In this document: piece after piece, positions 8,687 to 20,602 of the stretch
How positions within the stretch are numbered: position 1 is the first letter of the stretch
How the letters are laid out: each line of letters opens with the position of its first letter
Assembly: GCA_035328405.1 (NCBI GenBank)
Contig: DAOLIT010000012.1
Location: 35-64,034 of the forward strand
DNA from: Pseudomonadota bacterium
Lineage (GTDB): Bacteria > Myxococcota_A > Polyangia > Palsa-1104 > JAEUJZ01
DNA: 64,000 bases
Direction of reading: 5' to 3'
The notes under the pieces: model-generated
The model's database searches: none
What the model was told of the DNA's origin: nothing
The model's input: the letters and a program-made list of their open reading frames with translations, nothing else
Translations under genes and position numbers: made by a program

Positions 8687-9730
8687 TCAATCGTCGATGC
8701 GAACGCGGACATCCCCCACCAATTCCTTTTGGTGATTGACGATGGGGTAGTAGGTATGTGAACGGAGTTTTTGAAATTGGGAATCGTTCAGGAAACCGAG
8801 CGCAGCAGCGAGTTTGCATACGAGGGGCCCGATCAAACGCTGATTCCCATCCTCAATCTTGATCGCCAAGCCACAGGGCCCACTGTCCGGCAGTTCTCCC
8901 CCCAAGGCATACACTCCGTCCGCTCCCACTTTTGCGATGAGTTTGCCCATAGACACCTGCATGAGGTCGGTACACAAACGACCCGGCCCTGCGACAAGTT
9001 CTGGGTGCGTCAAAATCGCCGTTTTGAGACGTTGCCCAGCCTCGCGATGGGGCTCCGGCAAAGTTCCCGCAAAAAAGCGCGCGTACGACAACGCCAACCC
9101 GACGAGCGGGGTCCGAAAAACGACTGCACCACACCCATCTACAGCAAGCTGAATGTTTTCCGGGGGAGTTTCACTTACGTGAGCCAGGTGCGACAGAATT
9201 TCCTGTTGAAGGGGGTGATGGTGGCGGTTGTAATCCGAAAGGGGGAAACCGTGCGCACGACAGGAGGCGAGCATCGCAGCGTGTTTGCCAGAACAGTTGT
9301 TGTGGAGTCTGGTAGGAGTCCTCTGTTCCGCCGCAAGTTGTTTGGCTTCCTCGGTTCCGAGCGGAGTGTGTGGCCCACAATGCAGGTCGTGTACGGTCGC
9401 CGAAATCCGGTCGAGCATGCTTTGCGCGAGCGCGACATGTGCGGGCCCCCCGGAATGCGACGCACAAGCCAGTGCAAGTTCTCTGTCTCCGAATGAAAAC
9501 CGACTCACTGCGCCGCTGGAAAACAGACTCAACGCTTGCACAAATTTGGCTGTTGAGCGCCAGAACGTAGGTGCTCGGGGGTCCCCTGCCTGCATCAGGA
9601 TTTGCCCCTGCGCATCCACCAACACCGCGCGAACTCGGCTCTGTGATTCCACATAGCCGCCGCGCAAGGTGTCGATGATGATGTTCCACTTGTTAGGTTC
9701 GTTCACGTAGTCCTCCGTTGTTGCAAACAT
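8687..9730 (-). CDS. L-asparaginase II family protein
   Basis: HSGGPAH, NNCSGKHAAML and GADGV motifs typical of asparaginase_II. Confidence 0.6.
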   Translation of the reverse strand: MFATTEDYVNEPNKWNIIIDTLRGGYVESQSRVRAVLVDAQGQILMQAGDPRAPTFWRSTAKFVQALSLFSSGAVSRFSFGDRELALACASHSGGPAHVALAQSMLDRISATVHDLHCGPHTPLGTEEAKQLAAEQRTPTRLHNNCSGKHAAMLASCRAHGFPLSDYNRHHHPLQQEILSHLAHVSETPPENIQLAVDGCGAVVFRTPLVGLALSYARFFAGTLPEPHREAGQRLKTAILTHPELVAGPGRLCTDLMQVSMGKLIAKVGADGVYALGGELPDSGPCGLAIKIEDGNQRLIGPLVCKLAAALGFLNDSQFQKLRSHTYYPIVNHQKELVGDVRVRIDD

Positions 9731-10223
9731 GTTCGCGCAGTCTGCGTGTCATTGTTTCCCCACTCGCAGTCACGCGCAGGCGTCGCATGGTCGGCGTTTC
9801 GGGCGACATCTCGACGCAAAAGTATGCGTTGGGCCATTCGCTTGGGAACTTGTCCGCCCACTCAATCACAACGATCGCTCCCGACGCCGCAGCCTCCCAA
9901 AGACCCAAATCGGACACGTCGGATGCTTGCACAAGACGATACAGATCCGAGTGCCACACCGGCACGTGCGCTTCATACTGATGGACCAGCGCAAAACTCG
10001 GACTGCTAACCCGGGCGTCCTTTTGTACGCCCAGCCCCTTTGCAAGCCCTTGCACAAAACAGGTTTTCCCAGCGCCGAGCGGTCCTAGTAGCAGCAGCAC
10101 ATCGCCCGCTTGCAAAACCTTTGCGAACCACTCCCCCAAAAGCTGCGTAGCCTTTGGCGTTTTTGACACAAACTCACAAGCAATCGGGTCGTCGGTGAAA
10201 GAACTAGCAGGGGAAGGTTGCAT
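9693..10223 (-). CDS. tsaE: tRNA threonylcarbamoyladenosine biosynthesis ATPase TsaE
   Basis: P-loop GPLGAGKT and [11 protein letters not shown] motif. Size ~176 aa. Confidence 0.7.
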   Translation of the reverse strand: MQPSPASSFTDDPIACEFVSKTPKATQLLGEWFAKVLQAGDVLLLLGPLGAGKTCFVQGLAKGLGVQKDARVSSPSFALVHQYEAHVPVWHSDLYRLVQASDVSDLGLWEAAASGAIVVIEWADKFPSEWPNAYFCVEMSPETPTMRRLRVTASGETMTRRLREHVCNNGGLRERT

Positions 10224-10232
10224 CGGACTCTT

Positions 10233-11753
10233 TTACTCCACTTGTCTTGGGTCTTTTGCAACAAAGTTCCTGACCTCCCAAAAGACGCGCCGTTCCAACA
10301 GCACAAGGTACAGAAAATAGGCCAATACGGCGCAAGCAGCCTCGAGCAGGAAACGCGACCACGAAGGTCCTCTGTGAAGCCACGCACACAACGCATCGGC
10401 ACAAAACAAGGCCGCGCACACCACCGAACTTGTGCGGATCGCCGGAACACAAGCTCCCAAAAAACGCCATACAGAGATCTCCTCAAGGGCGATCACCATC
10501 CCGGTTCCGAAAGCCGCCGCGAAAAACAGCGACAACGAAGAAACCCATGCCACCGACTCGGGATGCAAGCGAGCGGTGTCCAGAACAGACACCCCCACAA
10601 GACCCCCAACAAACACCACGAGTTGCACGCCGTACAAGGCCGCTGCACTGCGAGATTTGTGGAGCGCAGACAATTGCGAAAACGAAAGACGATGCAAACC
10701 CAGCGACACTCCGCCCAGCGCAAAACCCGTGAGCACAGGAGCCACTCCTTGCCATTTTTCGGGCAGGCACGCCGACTCAAACAGAGGTGCCAACCAAGCC
10801 GCGCAACACCCAAGTGGCAACAGAACCAAAAGCAAGTATTTGGTTCCCAGAAGAAAGCTCGTGTGGCGCGTCTGTGGGTTGGTTGCAGACAGAGCCCGCA
10901 CAAGTGCGCTGCTTGCATACATGGCTACCGTCTCGCTTGGCGTCATCAGCAGCGTGTACCCGACGGCATACAGACCTTGCGCCGACAGCGAATACACCCG
11001 GCCCACAAACACGTTGTCCAGATACAGCGTCGATAGCTCGACGAGCGAAGCCAAATAAATCGGCCACATCATCGGCCACAGTTCCCCCCTCAAACGCTGT
11101 CTGGCCGCGCGCGGAAGCCTCTCTTTGTATCGAAACACGGGCAATTTCAGAGCGAACCTGAGCCACAACAGCCGGGCAAGCTGCCGACTCAACGCGCCGA
11201 GCGGCAAACACACCGCGCCCACACCCCAAGTCGCCGACGACACGGCGACGATGACATAGGCCGCATCTCCGATGGCATCCACTCGAGTCAGGTCCGCAAA
11301 ACGCAGCTCGTAACGCAATCTGAGCGCCGGGCACAGCGCCAACCGTTCACAAAACACAGCGACGCAATACAACCGCAACATCGGCCAGGCTTCCGGGGCC
11401 GAGAGCACATCGAGAAGGCGGTTTCCGACGAAAAACAATCCTCCGAAAACCAACACGCCGACGGTGAGCACAAACTGTTCGACCCACACCGACGCCTGCG
11501 AAAACGAATCTTTCCTGGTCAACAACGCCTGCTGCGGCGCAAACAGCGTCGCGACCTGCACCACCGACGCGACAATCAGCGCCAAATTCGCCTGCCCGTA
11601 TTCCGTCTTGTGGACAAAATGCGTGATCCAAAGCGTCGCCAAAAGACCCGCCGCCCTTCCCAGCAAGGCCCCGACCGTCGTCAGCGCCGCACCCTGCGCA
11701 CTTTTTTTTTCCACTTGTTGCGGGGCCACCGCGTCGTCCTGCACACCGTTCAC
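10233..11753 (-). CDS. MOP-superfamily polysaccharide biosynthesis flippase (Wzx/MurJ-like)
   Basis: ~14 predicted TM segments and ~500 aa, with the general architecture of Polysacc_synt-type flippases. Confidence 0.45.
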   Translation of the reverse strand: MNGVQDDAVAPQQVEKKSAQGAALTTVGALLGRAAGLLATLWITHFVHKTEYGQANLALIVASVVQVATLFAPQQALLTRKDSFSQASVWVEQFVLTVGVLVFGGLFFVGNRLLDVLSAPEAWPMLRLYCVAVFCERLALCPALRLRYELRFADLTRVDAIGDAAYVIVAVSSATWGVGAVCLPLGALSRQLARLLWLRFALKLPVFRYKERLPRAARQRLRGELWPMMWPIYLASLVELSTLYLDNVFVGRVYSLSAQGLYAVGYTLLMTPSETVAMYASSALVRALSATNPQTRHTSFLLGTKYLLLVLLPLGCCAAWLAPLFESACLPEKWQGVAPVLTGFALGGVSLGLHRLSFSQLSALHKSRSAAALYGVQLVVFVGGLVGVSVLDTARLHPESVAWVSSLSLFFAAAFGTGMVIALEEISVWRFLGACVPAIRTSSVVCAALFCADALCAWLHRGPSWSRFLLEAACAVLAYFLYLVLLERRVFWEVRNFVAKDPRQVE

Positions 11754-11808
11754 CGGCGCAGTCTATCGTGGACCGACGCGAACGGGTCACGCACGAGCGT
11801 TTTTGCCG

Positions 11809-13359
11809 CTACTTCTTGCCGCGCCGTTTGCTCTTGCCGTCTGTCTTGCTCGTCTTGCCGTCTTTTTTGCCTTTGGAGCTTTTTCCAGACGGTTTTTTCG
11901 TGAGCGTGACCGACGGAATTTTGTCTGCGTCACCAGACACCGTCACTCGTTTGGACTCGAAGCCATCCAACCGAAATTCCAAGGTTACGTCCTCATTTTG
12001 TGCGACGCGATCGACCGTACACGGTGTGGTTTTTTGTGCGCAAAGCGGCTCGTCCTTGCCGGCCTCGAAGACTTGCGCACCCGGCGGATTGGTTTCCACA
12101 TTCCACCGGATTTTCTTCGGCGCGGGCGCAGGCACAGGATTGCCCTGCGGCGGTGTTCCGCTGGGTACAACCGGCTTGTCGGGTGCCTTGGGCGGCTTGG
12201 ATGCCGGGTCTGGCATATTCAAGCGGCTATATAAGACAGCCAAAAGGCCCAGCAACAGCAGCGTCGCCATGGCGAACAGGGCAATCCTCAAACTCCGATT
12301 TCCCAAAACCGAAGTCTGGGCTGCCGGTGTCGCAGGCGTTACGGGCATCACCGTTTTTTGATCTTGTGTTCCACTCGGAGGAAGCTGAAAAGCGCCGCCC
12401 TCGGACATGACGGTTTTTGCTTCGCTCGAGGATGGTGCTGCGGGTCCTGCCGGTTGCGGCGGCTGCGCAGGTACACGAATCGCGGGCAGCATTCCGCTCA
12501 TCCGAACATTGACCTTTTCCAGCTCTTGCTCGACCTGTGCCATCGACGGACGGTCTTGTCGCTGCTTGGCCAGCATTCTATGAACCAAATCGCGCAACGG
12601 TTCAGGAATGGCCGGGTCGTGTTCCTTGAGCGGCGTCGGCTGCATGTAGATGTGCATCGCCATCAGCTCGCCCGTGCCTGCGGCTTGAAACGGCGGCTTG
12701 CCCGACAGCATTCGATACAGCATCACCCCGAGGGAATAGACATCAGCCTTGTCGTCCACATCGCCCGCGTTCTTGCACTGCTCGGGCGACATGTAGAGCG
12801 GCGTTCCCATCATCACGCCGGCCCGTGTTTGAAGCTGGTCGTTGGCTTGATATTCCTGCTTCACTTTCGCGATTCCGAAGTCGAGCAGTTTGGTTCGCTC
12901 GACGCCCGGCACGTTCGCGTCCGGCACAATCATGATGTTGTCCGGCTTCAAATCTCGGTGAACGATCGTCTTTGCATGCGCCGCTGCAAGTGCCGACGCA
13001 ATTTGTCGTCCCAGCCGCACGCACTCGAGCACCGGCATCTTCCCGCCCGGTGACTTCTTCATGCGCGCCGAAAGCGTCTCCCCCTTGAGCAGCTCCATCA
13101 CAATGTACGCCGTGCCGTCCGTGTGCTGGCCTGTCTCGTAAACCTCAACGATGCCGGGATGATTCACGACACAGATCGCGCGAGCTTCATTGATAAAACG
13201 AAGTGCGATTTGCTGATTCGAGGCGTGCTCTTTGTGAAGCACCTTGATGGCCACGCGCTTGCCCGTCTCGTCGGTCGCCTCGTACACCGCCCCCATGCCG
13301 CCCTCGCCAAGCTGGGACTCCACTTTGTAGCGATGAATCATCTGGCCGATCATCGCCAC
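11809..13359 (-). CDS. Ser/Thr protein kinase with a Pro-rich linker, one TM segment and a C-terminal PEGA-like domain
   Basis: GEGGMGAVYEA, VAIK, HRDLKPDN, DFG and SPEQ motifs, then a TM helix and a PEGA-like segment (PPGAQVFEAG...TPCTV). Confidence 0.85.
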   Translation of the reverse strand: MAMIGQMIHRYKVESQLGEGGMGAVYEATDETGKRVAIKVLHKEHASNQQIALRFINEARAICVVNHPGIVEVYETGQHTDGTAYIVMELLKGETLSARMKKSPGGKMPVLECVRLGRQIASALAAAHAKTIVHRDLKPDNIMIVPDANVPGVERTKLLDFGIAKVKQEYQANDQLQTRAGVMMGTPLYMSPEQCKNAGDVDDKADVYSLGVMLYRMLSGKPPFQAAGTGELMAMHIYMQPTPLKEHDPAIPEPLRDLVHRMLAKQRQDRPSMAQVEQELEKVNVRMSGMLPAIRVPAQPPQPAGPAAPSSSEAKTVMSEGGAFQLPPSGTQDQKTVMPVTPATPAAQTSVLGNRSLRIALFAMATLLLLGLLAVLYSRLNMPDPASKPPKAPDKPVVPSGTPPQGNPVPAPAPKKIRWNVETNPPGAQVFEAGKDEPLCAQKTTPCTVDRVAQNEDVTLEFRLDGFESKRVTVSGDADKIPSVTLTKKPSGKSSKGKKDGKTSKTDGKSKRRGKK

Positions 13360-13462
13360 CCCCGCAGATACGCGGAAACAAAGGAACTCTTGGGAGTGGC
13401 TTCTCGACGAAGACAGAGCACGGCCCGAACAGTATACCGCGCCTATGGCCTGTTTTGGAACG

Positions 13463-13852
13463 CTACTTCTTGCCGAGCGCCGCGAGCTGCGCGTGTGCGA
13501 AATCCCGGTCTGCTTCCGCTACCCGATCACTCTTGTTCACCTTGAGACGCTCGTTCGCCTGCTCGAGCAACGACTCGGCGGCTTCTTCGGACAACTTGGC
13601 TTGCAAAACTGCGCGCTGAACCAGGGCCACGACTTTGTCGCGTCCGTTGACCTCCGCAAAACCAGCGCCAACCGCCAAAAGACCCTTGTCACTTCCTTTT
13701 CGATAGCGAAGTACACCTGTCTTGATCGCCGAGAGCATCGGAACGTGACCAGGCAGCACCCCAAACTCACCGAGAAGGCCCGGCACCGTGACCTCATCCA
13801 CTTCTTGCTCGAGCGTCTTTCCCTCGGGCGTGACCACCTGCAAAGAAAGCAT
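13463..13852 (-). CDS. atpC: F0F1 ATP synthase subunit epsilon
   Basis: Size and sequence (LQVVTPEG...VPG..GEFGVLPGH). Confidence 0.85.
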   Translation of the reverse strand: MLSLQVVTPEGKTLEQEVDEVTVPGLLGEFGVLPGHVPMLSAIKTGVLRYRKGSDKGLLAVGAGFAEVNGRDKVVALVQRAVLQAKLSEEAAESLLEQANERLKVNKSDRVAEADRDFAHAQLAALGKK

Positions 13853-13855
13853 GGC

Positions 13856-15313
<1,458 letters not shown>

Positions 15314-16279
15314 CTATCCCTTTAGCGCCTCGGCACCACCGACGATCTCCATAAGTTCCTTGGTGATCGCCGCTTGGCGAGCGCGGTTGTATTGCAAAGT
15401 CAGCCTGCCAATCATTTCTTTGGCGTTGCGCGAGGCGTTGTCCATCGCGCTCATCCGAGCCCCCATTTCCGAGGCAATCGCTTCCAAAAAAATCCGGCAA
15501 AGTTCGGTTTCCAGAAACAGCGGCAAAAGATGCTCAAGCACGGCTTCGCGGCTGGGTTCGTACAGGAAATCGATAAGTTGTTTCGGTTCGTCCTCTTGAG
15601 CTTCCGAGTCTGCTTGCCGAACCGGCTCTCTCACACGAACCGGCAACAGCCGTTCAAGCTGCACCGTCTGTGACGCCGCAGACTTGAACTCGTTGTAGAG
15701 CACATAGATCGCATCCACTTCGTCGTTCACAAGCGCCGCAGTAAGCTGCAACGCCAATTCCCGAGCTCGCGTCGCTGCGGTCTTCGGCTCAACGCCCAAA
15801 TGTTCAGCCACCACTTTGTGTGACCGACGGCGGAAATAGTCGCGACCCTTTTTGCCAAGCACGACCAGATTCAGACTGCGCCCCTCTTGCAGCTTGAGTT
15901 CCGTCGCAAAACGCTCGGCACGCCGAAAAATCCCACTGTTGTATGCACCAGCCAGACCGCGATCCGCAGAAACGACCACGAGCTGCACCCGCTTGTCCGT
16001 GCCACCAACGAGGATTTTGTGAAGCGTAGACAGGGAAGGCACGTCTTCCGCTTGCGCCTCCCCACCAACGGGCGATTCCGTCGCCGAAGGGTCGGCAACC
16101 AAACGAGCAGCCAACTCGTCTGCAATCTCCGTCATTTGGCGCGCATAAGGCCGAATCGCTTTCACCGCATCTTGGGCACGACGCAGTTTTGCTGTCGCGA
16201 CCATTTTCATCGCCTTGGTGATTTTCTGCGTGTTCTTCACCGACGCGATGCTCTTGCGGATGGACTTGAGCGACGGCAT
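15314..16279 (-). CDS. atpG: F0F1 ATP synthase subunit gamma
   Basis: N-terminal IRKSIASVKNTQKITKAMKMVA. Confidence 0.9.
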   Translation of the reverse strand: MPSLKSIRKSIASVKNTQKITKAMKMVATAKLRRAQDAVKAIRPYARQMTEIADELAARLVADPSATESPVGGEAQAEDVPSLSTLHKILVGGTDKRVQLVVVSADRGLAGAYNSGIFRRAERFATELKLQEGRSLNLVVLGKKGRDYFRRRSHKVVAEHLGVEPKTAATRARELALQLTAALVNDEVDAIYVLYNEFKSAASQTVQLERLLPVRVREPVRQADSEAQEDEPKQLIDFLYEPSREAVLEHLLPLFLETELCRIFLEAIASEMGARMSAMDNASRNAKEMIGRLTLQYNRARQAAITKELMEIVGGAEALKG

Positions 16280-16282
16280 GGA

Positions 16283-17824
16283 CTAGCTCGCCTTCTTTTG
16301 GGCCGCCGGTTTGTCCACGAAGCGTTCGCCAAACTCCGCAAGCAGCGCGTCCAATTGATTTGACAGATCCTTGAACGCCTTTTTGTCGCGGCACTTCTTG
16401 TCCAGGTCGTCCCACAAACCCGGCTTGGTGTCTACAAAAGCGTACAGTTCCCGCTCGTACCGAAGCACCTCGCTGATGGGCACTTTGTCCAAGAAACCCT
16501 TGGTTCCCGCGTAGATCACCAGCACCTGCCGGACGACCGGAAGCGGCTGATATTGACCCTGCTTCAAAAGCTCCACCATTCGAGCGCCCCGATTGAGCGA
16601 GTCCTGGCTGGCCTTGTCGAGGTCGGAACCAAACTGCGCAAACGCGGCAAGTTCGCGATATTGCGCCATTTGCAGACGGAGCGTGCCCGCGATCGCCCTC
16701 ATTGCGGCGACCTGAGCAGAACCGCCCACGCGGCTGACCGAAATACCGACGTTCACCGCCGGACGAATCCCGGAAAAGAACAAGTCACTTTCCAGATAAA
16801 TTTGCCCGTCCGTAATCGAGATGACGTTCGTCGGAATGTAGGCAGAAACGTCGCCTGCCTGCGTCTCGATGATTGGCAGAGCCGTGAGCGAACCCGCGCC
16901 TTTGTCGTCTGACAACTTCGACGCACGTTCCAGCAACCGGCTGTGCAAATAAAACACGTCGCCCGGATACGCCTCGCGCCCCGGAGGCCGACGCAGAAGA
17001 AGCGACAATTGCCGGTATGCGACCGCCTGCTTCGACAAATCGTCGTAAATGATGAGCGCGTGCATCCCGTTGTCGCGGAAATACTCACCAATCGTGACGC
17101 CGGCATATGGTGCCAAAAACTGTAGCGGTGCAGGCTCGCTCGCACCCGACACGACTACACAGGTGTACTCCATCGCACCCGTCTGATTCAGCTTGTCCAC
17201 CACGCTCGCCACGGTCGATTGTTTTTGACCAATGGCGACGTAGATGCAGAACATGTTCTGCCCTTTTTGGTTGATGATCGTGTCCACTGCGACGGCGGTT
17301 TTTCCCGTCTGGCGGTCGCCGATGATCAATTCGCGCTGACCTCGACCGATCGGAATCATCGAATCGATCGCTTTGATCCCGGTTTGCATCGGCTCGTGAA
17401 CGGATTTGCGATACACGATGCCGGGTGCCTTGACCTCAATTTTGCGGCTCTCGGTGGACTGGATTGGACCTTTGCCATCGACAGGTTGGCCCAGCGCATT
17501 CACGACGCGCCCGAGCAAGCCCTTTCCGACGGGAACCGACGCAATCTGGCCCGTCCGTTTTACGACATCGCCTTCGCGAATCAGCTCGTAGTTGCCAAGC
17601 AGCGCGACACCGACGTTGTCCTCTTCCAGGTTCAACACCATGCCCTTGATGCCGTGCGGAAAATCGAGCGTCTCGCCCGCCATCGCCCCGGACAATCCGT
17701 AGACCCGAGCAATACCGTCGCCAGCCATCAAAACCGTGCCGGTCTCTTCGACGGAAACTTTCTGGTCGTAGTCTTCGATTTGTTTGCGAATGATCTGGGA
17801 AATCTCTTCGGCCCTGAGTTCCAT
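16283..17824 (-). CDS. atpA: F0F1 ATP synthase subunit alpha
   Basis: GDRQTGKT Walker A. Start ATG 17824 has AGGAG 5 nt upstream; the ORF-track start at 17878 is probably too long. Confidence 0.95.
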   Translation of the reverse strand: MELRAEEISQIIRKQIEDYDQKVSVEETGTVLMAGDGIARVYGLSGAMAGETLDFPHGIKGMVLNLEEDNVGVALLGNYELIREGDVVKRTGQIASVPVGKGLLGRVVNALGQPVDGKGPIQSTESRKIEVKAPGIVYRKSVHEPMQTGIKAIDSMIPIGRGQRELIIGDRQTGKTAVAVDTIINQKGQNMFCIYVAIGQKQSTVASVVDKLNQTGAMEYTCVVVSGASEPAPLQFLAPYAGVTIGEYFRDNGMHALIIYDDLSKQAVAYRQLSLLLRRPPGREAYPGDVFYLHSRLLERASKLSDDKGAGSLTALPIIETQAGDVSAYIPTNVISITDGQIYLESDLFFSGIRPAVNVGISVSRVGGSAQVAAMRAIAGTLRLQMAQYRELAAFAQFGSDLDKASQDSLNRGARMVELLKQGQYQPLPVVRQVLVIYAGTKGFLDKVPISEVLRYERELYAFVDTKPGLWDDLDKKCRDKKAFKDLSNQLDALLAEFGERFVDKPAAQKKAS

Positions 17825-17909
17825 ATCTGCTCCTGCCACCACGACCCACATCGGAGTGTGAGTGGCCCATTCGGTCACGTCGCGCTACATGGCGACTCAC
17901 TTGTTTGTT

Positions 17910-18449
17910 TTATTGCTGCCAACGCGCTCGCAGGTTCCGCAGTTCGCCGCGCAAGCTGCCGTCGTACACCAAGTCGCCCACTTGCGCGACCACGCCCCCG
18001 AGCAGCGAAGCATCGACCGTTTTCTCCACAATCACGGTCTTGCCCGTCGCCCGCCCGAGTGCAGAGCGAATCCGCACCTCGGTTGCTTCATCCAGCGGGG
18101 CCGCAGAAGCCAACCGCACACGGACGCGCCCCGCCACGTCGTCCACCATTTGACGCAGGCTCTTGGCGATGCCGGGCACGTTCGCCATCCGTCCCCGCGC
18201 CAGCAGAAGCTTCGCCAAATTTTGGCTTGTTTTGGACAGCGCAAGCCGCGCGCACACATGCTCTAGCACCTGTTGCCGCTGCGACTGAGAAAAAGCTGGA
18301 TTCAACAGCACGGTCCGCAAATCTGCACTCTGTTCGACCGCTTCGGCCAAACGTCCGACCTCAGCGGCGAGCACTTCAAGGTTCCCCTCAGCCTCCCCGA
18401 TACTCACAACCGCGCGAGCGTACCGTCGCGATACAGATCCGCTCAACAT
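17910..18449 (-). CDS. atpH: F0F1 ATP synthase subunit delta
   Basis: Size and position between b and alpha. Typical OSCP-like sequence. Confidence 0.8.
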   Translation of the reverse strand: MLSGSVSRRYARAVVSIGEAEGNLEVLAAEVGRLAEAVEQSADLRTVLLNPAFSQSQRQQVLEHVCARLALSKTSQNLAKLLLARGRMANVPGIAKSLRQMVDDVAGRVRVRLASAAPLDEATEVRIRSALGRATGKTVIVEKTVDASLLGGVVAQVGDLVYDGSLRGELRNLRARWQQ

Positions 18450-19414
18450 GCCCGGCCTCCCGTCGAGGTTTGTGCTTCGATCTGCCCGACAAATCGCTGG
18501 ACCAAATTGCGTTGATCCAGATCGCTCATCCGGCTCTCCATGAGTTTTTCTGCCAAATCCACCGCCAAAAGTGCCGTTTTCCGCTCCAAATCGCGTTTTG
18601 CACTCTCGATGGTTTGCTGGACTTGCATTTCCGCGTCTTTCAGCAGCTTCTCGGCCTCGGCTTCAGCACGCGCAATGATCTTCTGTCGTTCCAACTGCGC
18701 TTGCCCCGCCATCGACTGAAGCAGCGCATCGATTTCTGCCTGCATCTCGTCGGTTTTTTTCTGGTACTCCAAAAGCCGTTCTCGAGCCTGATTTTCCAAA
18801 TCCCGCGCCCGGTCGAGTGCCTTCCGCACTTCCAAATGTCGCGTGGCCATAAATTCTTTGAATGGTTTGCCCGCATACTTTCCGAGGACAAACACAAACG
18901 CAGCGAAATTGAGCAGCGCAAACAAGAACGGCGGATGGTGATGCGTTTTTCCCGGCCCGTAGTCGAAGCTGATCCAGTTTTCAATCACAGGGCCGGCTTC
19001 ATGATGAACGCCGCCTGCATGTGTAGCCTGCGCTGCATGGCTTTCGCCTGCATGAGACCGTTCTGCATGAGACGGTTCCGCCTGGGGAGGCTGAGTCGGC
19101 TGCGCCGGTTCTGCGTGGCCAGGTTGAGTCGGCGTCGCCCCTTCCGCGTGGCTAGGTTGAGTCGGCTGCGCCCCTTCGGCGTGGCCAGGTTGCATCGGTT
19201 GCACTGGTTCCGCATGAGAAGGTTGCGCAGGCTCGGAGTTGACAGTTGCAGGTTGATTCTGTTCTGTCGCCGACCCGGCCTTGCGAAGAGGCGGAAATGC
19301 CTCTTTTGCTGCAACAGGATTGCTCGGGTCTGGCGCAAGTGCGGGTTGTGCAACCCCCGTCGGCTTTTCCACATTCGGGGCCGTCGGAATTTGCGCAAAA
19401 CCAGGCCGCGCCAT
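18443..19414 (-). CDS. atpF: F0F1 ATP synthase subunit b with a ~150-aa N-terminal Pro/Gln/His-rich repetitive extension
   Basis: C-terminal 170 aa is a typical b subunit (TM helix FLFALLNFAAFVFVL plus a charged coiled coil). The N-terminus has degenerate QPxHAE(P/G)xQP repeats encoded by a tandem DNA repeat at ~19020-19210. The first ATG after the b' stop is 19414. Confidence 0.75.
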   Translation of the reverse strand: MARPGFAQIPTAPNVEKPTGVAQPALAPDPSNPVAAKEAFPPLRKAGSATEQNQPATVNSEPAQPSHAEPVQPMQPGHAEGAQPTQPSHAEGATPTQPGHAEPAQPTQPPQAEPSHAERSHAGESHAAQATHAGGVHHEAGPVIENWISFDYGPGKTHHHPPFLFALLNFAAFVFVLGKYAGKPFKEFMATRHLEVRKALDRARDLENQARERLLEYQKKTDEMQAEIDALLQSMAGQAQLERQKIIARAEAEAEKLLKDAEMQVQQTIESAKRDLERKTALLAVDLAEKLMESRMSDLDQRNLVQRFVGQIEAQTSTGGRAC

Positions 19415-19472
19415 CCAACACAGCACGCCCAAACACACCGCCGAAAGACGAAGGAAAACCGTTCCGTGCACC

Positions 19473-19958
19473 CTACACCTCCCGTCCCAAGAGCCGCCCC
19501 GCCAGCAAACGGGACAGCCCATCGGCCCGTTCCAGAAGTTCGGCTTGCGCTTGTTCCACCTGACGATTCACTTGCTCGCGCGTCGCCCGAACCCGACTTT
19601 GCGCTCTGTCGCGAGCTGAAGCCAGCAGTTCCGTCTCTCGCAACCGCCCCTCGTTGGAAAGCCGCAGCCGTTCCTCTTCTGCTGACTGTCTGGCTTTGCC
19701 CATCTTCTCTTTGAATTCTCGCTCAAGCTGCTCGGCGCGCGCTGCGGCCTCGGCCGCTGTCTTCTCAGCACCCTCGATCCGGTGTGCACGCTCGGTGCGC
19801 ATCTTTAGGTAGGGCTTCCACAAAAATTCAGACAGAACGAAAAACATCGCGAGGAAAATTCCAAACTGCAAGAGCACCGTCCCATCGATGTCAATGACGG
19901 GCGGGGCTTTTTCCTCTGCACCCTCGCTAGCAGCGAGGAGTAGTACCTGTAAGGTCAT
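19473..19958 (-). CDS. atpF2: F0F1 ATP synthase subunit b'
   Basis: TM helix LLQFGIFLAMFFVL plus a coiled coil. GGAG 6 nt upstream of ATG 19958. Confidence 0.75.
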   Translation of the reverse strand: MTLQVLLLAASEGAEEKAPPVIDIDGTVLLQFGIFLAMFFVLSEFLWKPYLKMRTERAHRIEGAEKTAAEAAARAEQLEREFKEKMGKARQSAEEERLRLSNEGRLRETELLASARDRAQSRVRATREQVNRQVEQAQAELLERADGLSRLLAGRLLGREV

Positions 19959-20154
19959 GAATGCTCCGGTGGCTCGCGGAGCAGGCACTTACCACTTGCC
20001 GAAACACTGTGTCAAGACCCCCTTTACCAGCTATTCAGACGGCGGCGCGGCGGTCTATGATGTTTTTATGCACCTTCCAAACACGTCGGTTCCTCGGTCT
20101 TCCTCACCCGCGAACGCGCAAACGGCTCAAACCTGCGCCTCCGCCGCCAAAGCC

Positions 20155-20511
20155 ATGCCGCTGCGGACTTTCGGACTTGCTGTGTTTCTCAGCTTGGGTC
20201 TATTCGGCGTTGGCTCCTGCGCCGCCCTTGGTCAAGGTTCGAGCGGCCCACCGCCTCAAAAAGGCGAACCCACTCTCTCGAAGTGCGTAACGGGCTCCCA
20301 GCTCGAAAAGGTCACAAGTTGCGCCGAATACTGCGCTAGCCAGAACTTGGGGTGCCAAAACTACGGATGCGTCGTTCCCGGTGACACCAAGCGTTTTGGC
20401 GGGGCCGCTTTTGACAATGCCCTGTGCGCCGGCAACATGCAAAAAGGCTTCCAGTGCAACGAGCCCTTGCTCGGCGTGGGAGCGATATCCTGTTGCTGCA
20501 CGGGCCTTTAG
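20155..20511 (+). CDS. Small Cys-rich secreted lipoprotein (118 aa)
   Basis: Signal peptide MPLRTFGLAVFLSLGLFGVGSC with a lipobox, and 11 Cys. Transcribed divergently from the atp operon. Confidence 0.45.
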   Translation: MPLRTFGLAVFLSLGLFGVGSCAALGQGSSGPPPQKGEPTLSKCVTGSQLEKVTSCAEYCASQNLGCQNYGCVVPGDTKRFGGAAFDNALCAGNMQKGFQCNEPLLGVGAISCCCTGL

Positions 20512-20602
20512 AGACAGCACCGGTTGAGGCAACCGCGCGAAAACACATGTTTTTGCGCCGCAAGCACTTGACTTCGAGTGAAAGCTACATCCATATCGCG
20601 GT

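Noticed and set aside
17219-19714. 831-aa plus-strand ORF
   Set aside because: Antisense to atpA/atpH/atpF, which have unambiguous conserved sequences. Arg/Pro-rich.
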